Part shown: piece by piece, positions 1 through 10,054 of the stretch
How the letters are laid out: the number at the start of each line of letters is the position of its first letter
How positions within the stretch are numbered: the first letter of the stretch is position 1
NCBI GenBank assembly: GCA_963809895.1
Contig: CAWELD010000003.1
Location: forward strand, 2,432,001 to 2,496,000
Direction: 5' to 3'
DNA from: an uncultured Gemmatimonadales bacterium
GTDB lineage: Bacteria; Gemmatimonadota; Gemmatimonadetes; Longimicrobiales; Gaopeijiaceae
DNA length: 64,000 bases
Program-made: the position numbers and the translations under genes
Notes under the pieces: model-generated
Databases searched by the model: none
Told to the model about the DNA's origin: nothing
What the model saw: only the letters and a program-made list of their open reading frames with translations

Positions 1-2
1 AA

Positions 3-1292
3 TGGTGGCGGGTGAACGCGGCCCCCATCCGCGACCGCGAAGGCACGATCCGTTCGGCGGTGGTGACCAGCGAAGACATCACCCGGCACCGTACCACGGA
101 GGAGGCGCTCCGGCAGAGTCAGGAACAGCTCCGCCACGCCCAGAAGATGGAGGCGGTGGGACGCCTGGCCGGGGGCATGGCCCACGACTTCAACAACCTC
201 CTCACCGCGATTCTCGGGTACGGGGAGTTCCTCCTCGAACAGATGGAACCCGACTCCCGTTCACGCGAGGACGTCACGGAGATCGTGGACGCGGCCGTGC
301 GGGGCCGCTCGCTGACCCATCAGCTCCTGGCGTTCAGCCGGAAGAGCAGCTGGCGACCCGAGATCGTGACCGTGAACGAGGTGGTGCGCGCCTCCGGTCG
401 ACTCCTGGAGAGGGTACTGGGCGAAGGTGTGGTGCTGGACACGTCGCCCGATCCCGACGCCGGGACCGTGCGGGTCGACCGCAATCAGCTCGAGCAGGTG
501 CTGGTGAACCTCGCCCTGAACGCCCGTGACGCCCTGGGCGAGTCGGGCGGGGCGATCCGCATCGCCTCCGCCACGGTGGACCTCCGCCAGCCCCGGGTCC
601 GGGAGCCCGAAGCGGTGCCGGCGGGCCGGTGGGCCACCATCGCCGTGTCCGACGAGGGCGTGGGGATGGCCGACGAGGTGCGGGCCCACGTCTTCGAACC
701 CTTCTTCACCACCAAGGAACGCGGCCGCGGCACCGGTCTGGGCCTGGCCACCGTCTACGGCATCGTGAAGCAGGCCAAGGGCTTCGTCACGGTGGAGTCG
801 GAGCCCGGCCGTGGCAGCACCTTCACGGTCTACCTGCCCGTGGCTTCCCAAGCGGCCGTGGTCGACGACGACCCCGCACCGACCCGGGCCCTCCCGGCGG
901 GCACGGGTCTCGTGCTCCTGGCCGAAGACCAGCAACAGGTGCGCTCGTTGATCGCTCGGCGGCTCCGCTCGGCGGGGTACGAGGTCGTGGAGGCGCGCCA
1001 CGGTCGAGAAGCGCTCCAGGCCTTCGAACGACTCGACGGCGAGGTAGACCTGGTGCTCACCGACGTGGTCATGCCCGAGATGGACGGGCGCGCGCTCGCC
1101 GCCGAGCTCCGAGCCAGGGCCCCGAACCTCCCCGTCCTCTACATGTCCGGCTACACCGGCGGCGACCGGGACCAGGACGCGCGCTCCGGGAGCGCCATTC
1201 CCGAGGTCGATCTGCTGCTGAAGCCCTTCGATGCGGAGGAGCTTCTGGCGCGGGTCGCCGAGCGCCTCCGGAGGGATGCCGTCCAGGATTGA
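3..1292 (+). CDS. Hybrid sensor histidine kinase/response regulator, 5'-truncated by the window edge
   Basis: H-box [14 protein letters not shown]-box [10 protein letters not shown]-boxes DEGVGM and [15 protein letters not shown]-terminal receiver [13 protein letters not shown]-like tail at the start; frame is open to the window start. Confidence 0.95.
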   Translation, partial: WWRVNAAPIRDREGTIRSAVVTSEDITRHRTTEEALRQSQEQLRHAQKMEAVGRLAGGMAHDFNNLLTAILGYGEFLLEQMEPDSRSREDVTEIVDAAVRGRSLTHQLLAFSRKSSWRPEIVTVNEVVRASGRLLERVLGEGVVLDTSPDPDAGTVRVDRNQLEQVLVNLALNARDALGESGGAIRIASATVDLRQPRVREPEAVPAGRWATIAVSDEGVGMADEVRAHVFEPFFTTKERGRGTGLGLATVYGIVKQAKGFVTVESEPGRGSTFTVYLPVASQAAVVDDDPAPTRALPAGTGLVLLAEDQQQVRSLIARRLRSAGYEVVEARHGREALQAFERLDGEVDLVLTDVVMPEMDGRALAAELRARAPNLPVLYMSGYTGGDRDQDARSGSAIPEVDLLLKPFDAEELLARVAERLRRDAVQD

Positions 1293-1377
1293 TGCCTGCG
1301 ACCAGGGGCGGGGCTATCTTGGCCGGCACGGTCGACGGCGAGACGAAGTCGGAAGACGAGCGGAGGAGGTGTGACCC

Positions 1378-2151
1378 ATGACGAGCATTCCCCGAGGGCG
1401 ATTCTGCTGGTACGAGTTGATGACCACGGATCCGGGCGCGGCCGATGACTTCTACGCGGCAGTGGCGGGTTGGGGCACCGAGGAGTGGCAGGGGAGCGAC
1501 CCACCCTACACGTTGTGGAAGAACGGCCCCACGGCCCTGGGCGGCCTCATGGAGCTTCCCGGGGAAGCCGCGGCGGCTGGCGTGCCGCCGCACTGGATCG
1601 CCTACGTGTCGACGCCCGACTTCGACGCCTCGCTGCAGGAGGCCCGGGCGACTGGCGCCGAGCTCGTGTGGGGACCCCGGAGCCTGCCCGGCGTGGGACG
1701 GTTCGCCGGCATGCGGGATCCGCAGGGAGCCATGTTCGCCCTGTACGAGCCCGCCGGCGAGGCCCCGGGTCACGACGGCGTCGCCGGTCCGGGCGAGTTC
1801 TCCTGGCACGAGCTTGCCACCAGCGACTGGGAGCAGGCGTGGCGTTTCTACGCCGCCCTCTTCGACTGGCAGAAGGGCGAGGCCATGGACATGGGCGAGA
1901 TGGGCACGTACCAGATCTTCAACCGGGGTGCTCACCCCGTGGGGGCCATGTTCGACAAGCCGCCCCAGATTCCCGTGCCCAACTGGCTCCTCTACGTGAG
2001 AGTCCCCGATATGGACGCGGCGATGGAGGCCGTGCGGAATGGGGGCGGTCAGGTGCTCCACGGTCCGATGGACGTCCCCGGCGGCGACTCGATCACCCAG
2101 TGTCTGGATCCGCAGGGTGCGGCGTTCGCCCTGCACCACGTGGCTTCCTGA
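1378..2151 (+). CDS. VOC/glyoxalase family protein (tandem VOC domains)
   Basis: Duplicated GxFxWxEL...FY...FxW...DPQGAxFAL repeats; RBS GGAGG upstream. Confidence 0.92.
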   Translation: MTSIPRGRFCWYELMTTDPGAADDFYAAVAGWGTEEWQGSDPPYTLWKNGPTALGGLMELPGEAAAAGVPPHWIAYVSTPDFDASLQEARATGAELVWGPRSLPGVGRFAGMRDPQGAMFALYEPAGEAPGHDGVAGPGEFSWHELATSDWEQAWRFYAALFDWQKGEAMDMGEMGTYQIFNRGAHPVGAMFDKPPQIPVPNWLLYVRVPDMDAAMEAVRNGGGQVLHGPMDVPGGDSITQCLDPQGAAFALHHVAS

Positions 2152-2152
2152 T

Positions 2153-4786
2153 TCACTCGCCCCGCATGGCCGTCACCGGATCCACGCGAGTGGCCCGAAG
2201 CGCCGGGACGAGGCTGGCCACCACCGCCACCGCGGCGAGGACACTGGTCACGATCCCGTAGACCACGGGATCCCGGGGACCGACGCCGTAGAGCTGGCTG
2301 GACAGGAAGCCGGCCAACAGCAGGGCGGCTGCGAGCCCCAGCAGGAGGCCCAGGCCCGCCACGGCGCCCCCCTCGCGGAGCACCATCCGCCGAACATCCG
2401 CCGCCGAGGCGCCCAAGGCCATGCGTATGCCGAGCTCGGAGCTGCGCTGCGCCACGGCGTACGCCAGGACGCCGTAGACCCCCACGGCGGCCAGGACGAG
2501 GGCCATCACCCCGAACGCCACCAGCAGCAGCGTGCTGAATCGGTCCCGCGCCATGGCGTCGCCCACCACGTCGTGCATGGCACGCACGCGGCTCATGGCC
2601 ACCTGCGGATTCACCTCCGCAAGTGCCGCCCGAGCGCCGTCGACCAGGGTCAGCGGGTCCCCGTCGGTGCGGAGCAGCACGGTCATTCTCCGCATGGGAC
2701 CCTGCCGGAAGCTGAAGTAGAAGGCCGGCTGCGCGGGTGTCCGGATTCCCTCGTAGGGCATGTCCTTCACCACGCCCACGATCTCGGCCTCGCTCATGAG
2801 GACCGCCCCCAGCGGTCCCCAGCGGTACGCGAGCCCGGCAAGGCGGTGCCCCACCGGGTCCTCGCCGGGAAAGAACCGCCGCGCCATGGCCTCGTTCACG
2901 ACCACCGCTCCCGGCGCGTCCAGGCGATCGGCCGCTTGCAGGGTGCGGCCCTCGTCCAACGGTGTGCCCAACGTCTCGAAGACCTCGGGACTGGCATGCC
3001 GGAAGAAAGCGCGCCGCTCCTGACCCGGCTGCGTGGGGTCGTCCACGATGGAGAAGGGTTGCGAGTAGTCGAGCCCCTCGCCCAGCGGCAGGGTCGACAC
3101 CGCCGCCGCGGAGCGCACGCCGGGAATCTCACGCACACGCGCCAGATAGCGGTCGTAGAAGTCGATGACCCCCTGGTCCTCCTCGGCGGCCCCCTGGCTC
3201 ACGTCCAGCTGCAGCGTCAGCAATCCGTCGGCCCGGAATCCCGTATCCACCGCCCGGAGCTGCATGAAGCTCCTCACCAGGAGACCGGCACCCACGACCA
3301 GGATCACGGCCAGCGCGAGCTGCGCCACCACGAAGGCGTTCTGGAGTCGGATGCCACGCACGCCCCGTGTGCCCCGGGCACCCTCCCGGAGCGCCGAAAA
3401 ACTGCCGGGGCCCAGGATGCGCACCACGGGCGCCAGACCGAAGAGGAGGCCGGTGAGGAGCGTCGCTCCGACCACCGCCAGCAGGATCCCCCCGTTCAGA
3501 CCCACCTCGTCCACCCGGGGCAGTCCGGCCGGCGCGATACGGCGCAGCGCGGCGATCCCCGCCCAGGCCAGGCCCAGGCCCGCCACACCACCCAGCGTGG
3601 CCAGCACCAGGCTCTCGGTGAGAAGCTGGCGGGCGATGCGCCGGCGTCCGGCACCGAAGGCCTGACGCACCGCGACCTCGCGGGCCCGGACCTCGGCCCG
3701 GGACAGGAGCAGGTTGGCGACATTGGCGCAGGCGATCAGTAGGATGAAGGCGGTGGATGCCAGCAGGATCCACAGCGCGCTCCTGGTGCTGCCGACCACC
3801 GTGTCCGCCAGGCCCTCCACCGCCACGCCCCAGCCGCGGTCCTCCTCGTGGATCTCGCCCAGCCGCGTGGCCACCGCCGCCATGTCAGCCCGGGCGCGCT
3901 CCACCCCGGCCCCGGGCTCCAGGCGTCCCACGACGCTCATCCAGCGCGCGATCCTGCCCTGGATGGTCATGGGCCAGTTCATGTTGATCCACAGGTCCGC
4001 CTCGGCGGGCCAGCGCTGACGGTCCGCCACGACGCCGACCACCTGGAAGTTGGACCCGTCGATGGTGATGTCGCGTCCCACCACCGCTGGATCGGCCCCG
4101 AAGGAGCTGCGCCACAACGCCTCGCTCAGAATCACGACCTGGGTGGACCCCGGGCCGTCACCGGCGCCGAAGGTGCGCCCGAGCAGAGGCGGCACGCCGA
4201 GCACGTCGAAGTAGTTCTCCGTGGTGAAGACCTGTGTGATCTGCTGCGCCACCTCGTCGACCCCGGTGAGCGTTCCGGTGGTGGGCCAGTAGGCGGACAT
4301 GCCCGAGAAGGTCGTGGCCTGCTCCCGCCAGTCGCCGAAGTCCTGGGGCGAGACGAAGTAGCGGTCCTGCCCCTCTTCCGGGTTGTGGGTCCACAGCAGC
4401 GCGAGCTGGTCCGGGTCCTTGAACGGCAGCGGCTCCAGAAGCACGGCGCGCACCACGGAGAAAATGGCCGTCACCCCGCCGATGCCCAGGGCCAGGGTGA
4501 GGACGGCGACCACCGTGAACAGGGGGTTCTTTCTCAGGGCACGAAGGGCGTAACGGACGTCCTGCACGGTGACCTCCAGATGTCTCGTTCCGCGGGCTTC
4601 GCGGGACTGTTCCTTGAATCGCTCGACGCCGCCGAACGCCACCAGGGCACGCCGGCGAGCCTCCTGCGGCGGCACGCCCCGGCGCAGCAGGCGCTCCGTC
4701 TCCATCTCGATGTGGAAACGCACCTCTTCGTCCAACTCCTCCTCCACCCGGTCCCGCCGCGCCAGCGATCGGAGCCGGAGCGTCAC
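2153..4786 (-). CDS. Duplicated orphan ABC permease (ADOP type, MacB/FtsX-like) #1
   Basis: Prefix ELDEEVRFHIEME...A...FGG; QDVRYALRAL; LLIACANVANLLL; ELGIRMALGA; C-terminus PALRATRVDPVTAMRGE; start codon uncertain (see findings). Confidence 0.93.
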   Translation of the reverse strand: MTLRLRSLARRDRVEEELDEEVRFHIEMETERLLRRGVPPQEARRRALVAFGGVERFKEQSREARGTRHLEVTVQDVRYALRALRKNPLFTVVAVLTLALGIGGVTAIFSVVRAVLLEPLPFKDPDQLALLWTHNPEEGQDRYFVSPQDFGDWREQATTFSGMSAYWPTTGTLTGVDEVAQQITQVFTTENYFDVLGVPPLLGRTFGAGDGPGSTQVVILSEALWRSSFGADPAVVGRDITIDGSNFQVVGVVADRQRWPAEADLWINMNWPMTIQGRIARWMSVVGRLEPGAGVERARADMAAVATRLGEIHEEDRGWGVAVEGLADTVVGSTRSALWILLASTAFILLIACANVANLLLSRAEVRAREVAVRQAFGAGRRRIARQLLTESLVLATLGGVAGLGLAWAGIAALRRIAPAGLPRVDEVGLNGGILLAVVGATLLTGLLFGLAPVVRILGPGSFSALREGARGTRGVRGIRLQNAFVVAQLALAVILVVGAGLLVRSFMQLRAVDTGFRADGLLTLQLDVSQGAAEEDQGVIDFYDRYLARVREIPGVRSAAAVSTLPLGEGLDYSQPFSIVDDPTQPGQERRAFFRHASPEVFETLGTPLDEGRTLQAADRLDAPGAVVVNEAMARRFFPGEDPVGHRLAGLAYRWGPLGAVLMSEAEIVGVVKDMPYEGIRTPAQPAFYFSFRQGPMRRMTVLLRTDGDPLTLVDGARAALAEVNPQVAMSRVRAMHDVVGDAMARDRFSTLLLVAFGVMALVLAAVGVYGVLAYAVAQRSSELGIRMALGASAADVRRMVLREGGAVAGLGLLLGLAAALLLAGFLSSQLYGVGPRDPVVYGIVTSVLAAVAVVASLVPALRATRVDPVTAMRGE

Positions 4787-4822
4787 CGCCCGCAGGCGGT
4801 CGGCGAGCCCTGAGCAGGACCC

Positions 4823-5158
4823 TCATGCGCGACGGGCCTGGAGGATGGCCTCCACGGCGCCGCTGAACAGATCCCACTGCGCCCGTTCCTCGCCCAATTG
4901 GGCGCGACCCAGCGCCGTGAGGCGATAGAACTTGGCGCGCCGGTTGTTTTCCGAGGATCCCCACTCGGACCGGATCCAGCCGCGGTGCTCCAGCCGGTGG
5001 AGCGCGGGATAGAGCGAGCCCTGGTTCACCTGGAGCACCTCGCTGGACATGTCCCGGATGCGCTGTGACACACCCCAGCCGTGCATGGGCTCGTCCAGCG
5101 ACAGCACCTTCAGAATGAGCAGCTCCAGCGTGCCCTGAAGGAGATCCGCCCGCGTCAT
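4823..5158 (-). CDS. PadR family transcriptional regulator (ADOP-associated) #1
   Basis: DLLQGTLELLILK, HGWGV, GSLYPALHRLE, ENNRRAKFYRLT; alternative ATG at 5167. Confidence 0.95.
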   Translation of the reverse strand: MTRADLLQGTLELLILKVLSLDEPMHGWGVSQRIRDMSSEVLQVNQGSLYPALHRLEHRGWIRSEWGSSENNRRAKFYRLTALGRAQLGEERAQWDLFSGAVEAILQARRA

Positions 5159-5178
5159 GGCATGCACCTCACGAGTGA

Positions 5179-5197
5179 CCTGTCGAAGCTTGAGGGG
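5179..5197. promoter_or_regulatory. Imperfect palindrome, putative PadR operator
   Basis: CCTGTCGA-AGC-TTGAGGGG just upstream of padR #1 (5/8 dyad match). Confidence 0.35.
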
Positions 5198-5253
5198 AAC
5201 GCGTCACGGTATTGGACGCCACGCTCCAGCGAAAGGTTGCGATGAGAAACCGA

Positions 5254-5292
5254 CCGGCCCCGGCACACCCGCGGAGGGCATGCCGGGGCCGG
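5254..5292 (-). terminator. Hairpin downstream of glnA, probable intrinsic terminator
   Basis: CCGGCCCCGGCA...TGCCGGGGCCGG 12-bp stem, followed on the minus strand by TCGGTTTCTC. Confidence 0.55.
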
Positions 5293-5332
5293 GAGTCGCC
5301 GGCGTCTGCCGGCGGCGCCTACCGCCGCGTCG

Positions 5333-7519
5333 TCACTTCACGAACAGCATGTCCCGGTAGGTGGGGATGGGCCACAGGTCGTCGGGGATCACCTTCTCCA
5401 GGCGATCCACCACCGCCCGCACCGCGCTCATGGCCGGAACGATGTGGTCCCGCATGTGCCGCGCCTTGGAATCCAGTTCGTCACCGCCGAGCTCGGCGTT
5501 CTGCTCCACCAGGACGTCCAGCGTCTCCCGCAGCTCGTCGATGAGGCCCGCCAGCTCTCTGGCCGTCTCCTCGAGGCCCGCGCTCTTCACGCCGAGCCGG
5601 TCGCCCCGGTCCAGCGTGGTGAGCAGCTCCGACAGGTAGCGGGTCGCTGCCGGCAGGATCATGGTGCGCGCCATGTCGGCCGCGGTCTCGCCCTCGATGT
5701 TGATGGTCTTGAAGTACTGCTCCAGGAGGATCTCGTGTCGGCTCTCGAGCTCCCGGCGCGACAGCACGCCGTAGGTCTCGAAGAGCTCGGCGTTCTTGGC
5801 GTCCACCAGCGACGGAAGCGCGTCCAGCGTCGTGCGCTGGTTGAGCAGCCCGCGGCGCTCCGCCTCCTCCACCCACTCCGGCGAATAGCCGTCGCCGTTG
5901 AAGATGACCCGCTTGAACCCCTTGACCTCGCGACCCAGGAGCTCCCGGAGAGCGTCTCCCAGCTCCTCGCCCCGCTCGCACGCACCCTCGAGCTCCGTGA
6001 CCATCTCGTCGATGGCCTCGGCGACGATGGTGTTGAGGACCGTGGCCGGCATGGAGATGCTCTGGCTCGAGCCCAGCGCGCGGAACTCGAACTTGTTGCC
6101 CGTGAAGGCGAAGGGCGAGGTGCGGTTACGGTCGCCCGCGTGGCGCGGCAGATGGGGCAGCGTCTTGACCCCGAGCCCCAGCAGGCCGCCGGCCTTGCTC
6201 CCGCTGGCGCTCCCCACGTTCTCGATTTGCTCGAAGACGTCGGTGAGCTGATCCCCCAGGAAGACCGAGATGATCGAGGGCGGCGCCTCGTTGGCGCCCA
6301 GGCGATGGTCGTTGCCGGCGAAAGCGATGGACGCCCTGAGCAGGTCCTGATGCCGCTCCACGGCACGCAGGACCGCCGAGCAGAAGAAGAGGAATTGCAT
6401 GTTGTCGTGCGGGGTCTCACCGGGCTCCAGCAGGTTCTGGCTCTCGGTGCCGAACGACCAGTTGAGGTGCTTGCCGCTCCCGTTCACACCGGCGAACGGC
6501 TTCTCGTGCAGGAGGCACACCAGCCCGTACTTGCGGGCGACGCGCCGCAGCGTGCTCATGGTGAGCTGCTGATGGTCGGCGGCGATGTTGGAGTCCTCGT
6601 AGATGGGCGCCATCTCGTACTGAGCCGGCGCGACCTCGTTGTGGCGGGTCTTCACCGGCACGCCCAGTCGGTAGAGCTCCAGCTCCACCTCGTTCATGCA
6701 ATCCAGCACCCGATCGGGAATGGAGCCGAAGTAGTGGTCCTCGAGCTCCTGGCCCCGGGGCGGCTTGGCGCCGAACAGGGTGCGGCCCGTGGTCACCAGG
6801 TCGGGCCGCCGGTAGACGAACTCCTCGTCGACCAGGAAGAACTCCTGCTCGGGCCCCAGGGTGGCCCGCACCACCCGCGCCGGCGTCTCGAACAATGCCA
6901 ACGCACGCATGGCCTGATCGTTGAGCGCCTGGATGGACCGCAGCAGCGGCGTCTTCTGGTCCAGGGCCTCGCCGGTCCACGAGGCGAAGGCCGTGGGGAT
7001 GGCCAGGTACGCGCCGCCGGCCCCCTCCATGAGGAAGGCGGGCGACGTCGGATCCCAGGCCGTGTAGCCCCGGGCCTCGAAGGTGGCGCGCAGTCCGCCG
7101 GACGGGAACGAGGAGGCATCGGGCTCGCCCTGCACGAGCTCGAGCCCGCTGAACTCGGTGATGGCCCGTCCGTCGCCCGTGGGCGCCAGGAAGGAGTCGT
7201 GCTTCTCGGCGGTGAGTCCCGTGAGCGGCTGGAACCAGTGGGTGAAGTGCGTGGCGCCCTTCTCCAGCGCCCAGTCCTTCATGGCCACAGCCACCGCGTC
7301 GGCCACGGTCGGGTCCAGCTCGGTGCCACCCTCGATGGTCCGCAGGAGAGCCTTGTAGGCGGGCCGGGGCAGCCGGGCCTGCATCTGGGCCAGGTTGAAG
7401 GTGTTCTCGCCGAACACCTCTTCGAGGCTCACCTTCTTCTTCTTGCCGTTGGTGCCGGCGGGCGACTGCTTCACGGCCGCCAGGCTGTCGAATCTCCGGG
7501 GGGTCACGACGCGGGTCAT
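5333..7519 (-). CDS. glnA: Glutamine synthetase type III
   Basis: [89 protein letters not shown]; 728 aa. Confidence 0.97.
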   Translation of the reverse strand: MTRVVTPRRFDSLAAVKQSPAGTNGKKKKVSLEEVFGENTFNLAQMQARLPRPAYKALLRTIEGGTELDPTVADAVAVAMKDWALEKGATHFTHWFQPLTGLTAEKHDSFLAPTGDGRAITEFSGLELVQGEPDASSFPSGGLRATFEARGYTAWDPTSPAFLMEGAGGAYLAIPTAFASWTGEALDQKTPLLRSIQALNDQAMRALALFETPARVVRATLGPEQEFFLVDEEFVYRRPDLVTTGRTLFGAKPPRGQELEDHYFGSIPDRVLDCMNEVELELYRLGVPVKTRHNEVAPAQYEMAPIYEDSNIAADHQQLTMSTLRRVARKYGLVCLLHEKPFAGVNGSGKHLNWSFGTESQNLLEPGETPHDNMQFLFFCSAVLRAVERHQDLLRASIAFAGNDHRLGANEAPPSIISVFLGDQLTDVFEQIENVGSASGSKAGGLLGLGVKTLPHLPRHAGDRNRTSPFAFTGNKFEFRALGSSQSISMPATVLNTIVAEAIDEMVTELEGACERGEELGDALRELLGREVKGFKRVIFNGDGYSPEWVEEAERRGLLNQRTTLDALPSLVDAKNAELFETYGVLSRRELESRHEILLEQYFKTINIEGETAADMARTMILPAATRYLSELLTTLDRGDRLGVKSAGLEETARELAGLIDELRETLDVLVEQNAELGGDELDSKARHMRDHIVPAMSAVRAVVDRLEKVIPDDLWPIPTYRDMLFVK

Positions 7520-7600
7520 GGCAGGGCTCCGAACGGGACGGGGGTACGGGCGACGGTCCCAAGATGCCGCGTCACATCGGGCCCTTCAAGGCGCTTCGCC

Positions 7601-7660
7601 GTGATTATTGCATAATTTGTATTAGCCTAATTTATTTTCTTTATGATAACACGAAAACTC
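7601..7660. promoter_or_regulatory. AT-rich island between divergent glnA and ATPase-like gene
   Basis: GTGATTATTGCATAATTTGTATTAGCCTAATTTATTTTCTTTATGATAAC in a GC-rich background; several TTA..TAA dyads. Confidence 0.7.
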
Positions 7661-9055
7661 ATCGGACGCTCGCTGGAGCAGAAGCTCCTGGCGGATGTCC
7701 TGGACAACGCGGGGCCGGTCCTGGTGGTGATTCGCGGCGCCACCGGCGTGGGCCGCTCCACCCTGATCAGGGCCGCGCTGCCCCGACGCCGGGTCGCCTG
7801 GGTCCAGGGCGTGCCCCTCCCGGACGCGGTCCTGCGCCAGGTGGTTCTCGGCACGCTGGTGGAAGCCGAGGTGGTGGGTCCCGACGTGGAAGGGGATCCT
7901 CCGGAATGGCGCGCGCTCCTCGACGGTGTGGGTGAGCGCGTGGAGCGCACCCGGGAGCCCTGCATCCTGGTCCTGGACGACGTGGAGCACCTCGTGCGCG
8001 CTGGCGGTGGCCTCGCCGAAGCGCTGACCGACTTCTGGCGGGGGCTCCGCGCTCACGGACTCCCCGCCTTCGTGATCCTGACGTCGTCCGACCGCGACGC
8101 CCTGGACCACCTGGTGGGGCCCGAGGGGCCGTTGGCCGAGGCACCGGCGCTGGATCTGGAGCTCGAAGACCTGGAACTGGGAGCCGTCGCCGGGCACCTG
8201 TCCGCCTGGCCCGTCCGCGACCGTCTACTCGGGTGGGCAGCGTTCGGGGGCCGCCCCTCGCGGCTCAGGCACGTGGATCCCTCGCTGCAACTCGCCAGCA
8301 ACGTGCAGCGGCTCCTGCTGGACCCCGACGGCCCCCTCCATCGCGAGGGGCTGGAGACGTTGGCTCGTCACGTACAGAAACCCGAGCGCTACGCCGGCAT
8401 CCTCCGGGCGCTGGGCCGGGGTGCTCGGGACTGGGGGGAGATCCTGACGAGCGTGCAGGACTTCCAGTCCGGCAACCAGCTGGCGCCCTACCTGGCCACG
8501 CTCGACGATGCGGACCTCATCCGCACCGAGCGCTCCCTCGACGCCGGTCCCCGCTCCCGCAGCCGCCGCTACGAGATCCCCGACCCGTTTCTCGGCTTCT
8601 GGTTCGGCTGCGTGCTGGGCGAGCTCGGGGCCCTTCACCGCCGGGCTCCGGGTGACGTCTGGCGGCAGCGGGTCCGGGAATGCCTGGAGCGCCACGCTGG
8701 ACGCGTCATTCCAAGGGCGGTGCGTCGCTTCCTCCTCGAGCGGGGCGATACCGTGCTCCCCGCCAGGGCCCGGGAGGCCGGTGCCCTCTGGGGCACGGAC
8801 TACGAGGTGCCGGTGGCCGGCACGCTGCGAAACGGCGCCCCGGTCTACGGCGCGTGCGTCTGGGGCCGCACGGCACGCCCCGAAGACGACGAGCGACTCC
8901 TGGCGGCCATTCGCGAGACGCGGTACGGCTTCGGGCGGGAAGCCCGGATACGCATCGTGATCGCGCCCGACGGCGCCACCGATCAGCTCCTGCGGCGCGC
9001 GGCGCGCCACAACCTCTTGTGGGTCGTCACGCTGGAGGATCTGCTGGGATCCTGA
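7643..9055 (+). CDS. Archaeal-type ATPase (ATPase_2 + winged helix + DUF234-like), catalytic motifs degenerate
   Basis: N-terminal LIGR; P-loop-like GATGVGRST; ILVLDD; GGRP; YLATLDDADLI; RYEIPDPFLGFWF; C-terminal W...EVPV...GACVW. Confidence 0.75.
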   Translation: MITRKLIGRSLEQKLLADVLDNAGPVLVVIRGATGVGRSTLIRAALPRRRVAWVQGVPLPDAVLRQVVLGTLVEAEVVGPDVEGDPPEWRALLDGVGERVERTREPCILVLDDVEHLVRAGGGLAEALTDFWRGLRAHGLPAFVILTSSDRDALDHLVGPEGPLAEAPALDLELEDLELGAVAGHLSAWPVRDRLLGWAAFGGRPSRLRHVDPSLQLASNVQRLLLDPDGPLHREGLETLARHVQKPERYAGILRALGRGARDWGEILTSVQDFQSGNQLAPYLATLDDADLIRTERSLDAGPRSRSRRYEIPDPFLGFWFGCVLGELGALHRRAPGDVWRQRVRECLERHAGRVIPRAVRRFLLERGDTVLPARAREAGALWGTDYEVPVAGTLRNGAPVYGACVWGRTARPEDDERLLAAIRETRYGFGREARIRIVIAPDGATDQLLRRAARHNLLWVVTLEDLLGS

Positions 9056-9158
9056 TGGCAGGACGCCGGAACGCCGCGCCGGGTGCGGGGGACAAGGGTG
9101 TCCGCCGACGCGGGGCGGCGCGGCCGCCCCCGACGTTCACCTTCAGGGAGCGAACGAC

Positions 9159-10016
9159 ATGGATTCGTTGGACCTTCCCGCACTCGTCTCCACCGTTCAG
9201 GGACTGTTGGCCACGTGGGGCCTCAAGGTCCTGGGTGCCCTCGCCATCGTTGTCGTGGGCCGCATCCTCGCCGGCTGGCTGCGCGGGCTCTCGGCCAAGG
9301 GCCTGCGCCGGGCGAGGATGGACGAGACCCTGGTCCCGTTCCTGGCCAACCTGATCTACGCCGGGCTACTCGCCTTCGTCATCCTGTCGGCGCTGCAGGT
9401 CCTGGGGATTCCCACGACGTCGGCGGTGGCGGTGCTGGGTGCCGCCGGCCTGGCCGTGGCTCTGGCCTTCCAGGGCACGCTCTCGAATTTCTCGTCGGGC
9501 GTCATGCTCCTCACCTTCCGGCCGTTCCGCGTCGGCGATTTCGTGGAGGCCGGCGGCGTGAGCGGCACGGTCAAGGAGATCGGCGTCTTCCTGTCGACAC
9601 TGGCCACGCCGGACAACGTTAGCATCGTGGTGCCCAACTCGAAGATCTCAGGCGAGATCATCAAGAACTACACCACCAACGACACCCGGCGCGTGGACCT
9701 GGTCATGGGCGTGGGTTACGACGACGACCTGGACGTCGCCATCCGCACCATCCACGAGGTCCTGGACGCCGACGACCGTGTCCTCGCCGAGCCAGAGCGG
9801 CTGGTGGCGGTGGACAATCTGGGTGCGTCGTCGGTGGACATCGTGGTGCGGCCCTGGGTGGCCACGCCCGACTACTGGGGCGCCAAGCGCGATCTGACCA
9901 AGGCGCTCAAGGAGGAGCTGGAAGCGGCTGGCTGCAACATCCCCTATCCGCAGCGCGACCTGCACCTCTTCTACGAGAACGCGCCGGTGACCGGCGACGG
10001 GCAAGCCACGGCCTGA
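9159..10016 (+). CDS. mscS: Small-conductance mechanosensitive channel
   Basis: GAAGLAVALAFQGTLSNFSSG, RPFRVGDFVE, VPNSKI, IPYPQRDLH. Confidence 0.95.
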   Translation: MDSLDLPALVSTVQGLLATWGLKVLGALAIVVVGRILAGWLRGLSAKGLRRARMDETLVPFLANLIYAGLLAFVILSALQVLGIPTTSAVAVLGAAGLAVALAFQGTLSNFSSGVMLLTFRPFRVGDFVEAGGVSGTVKEIGVFLSTLATPDNVSIVVPNSKISGEIIKNYTTNDTRRVDLVMGVGYDDDLDVAIRTIHEVLDADDRVLAEPERLVAVDNLGASSVDIVVRPWVATPDYWGAKRDLTKALKEELEAAGCNIPYPQRDLHLFYENAPVTGDGQATA

Positions 10017-10054
10017 GGCTCGGCCTCGTGCCACCGGGGCGGCCGAGCCGATCC

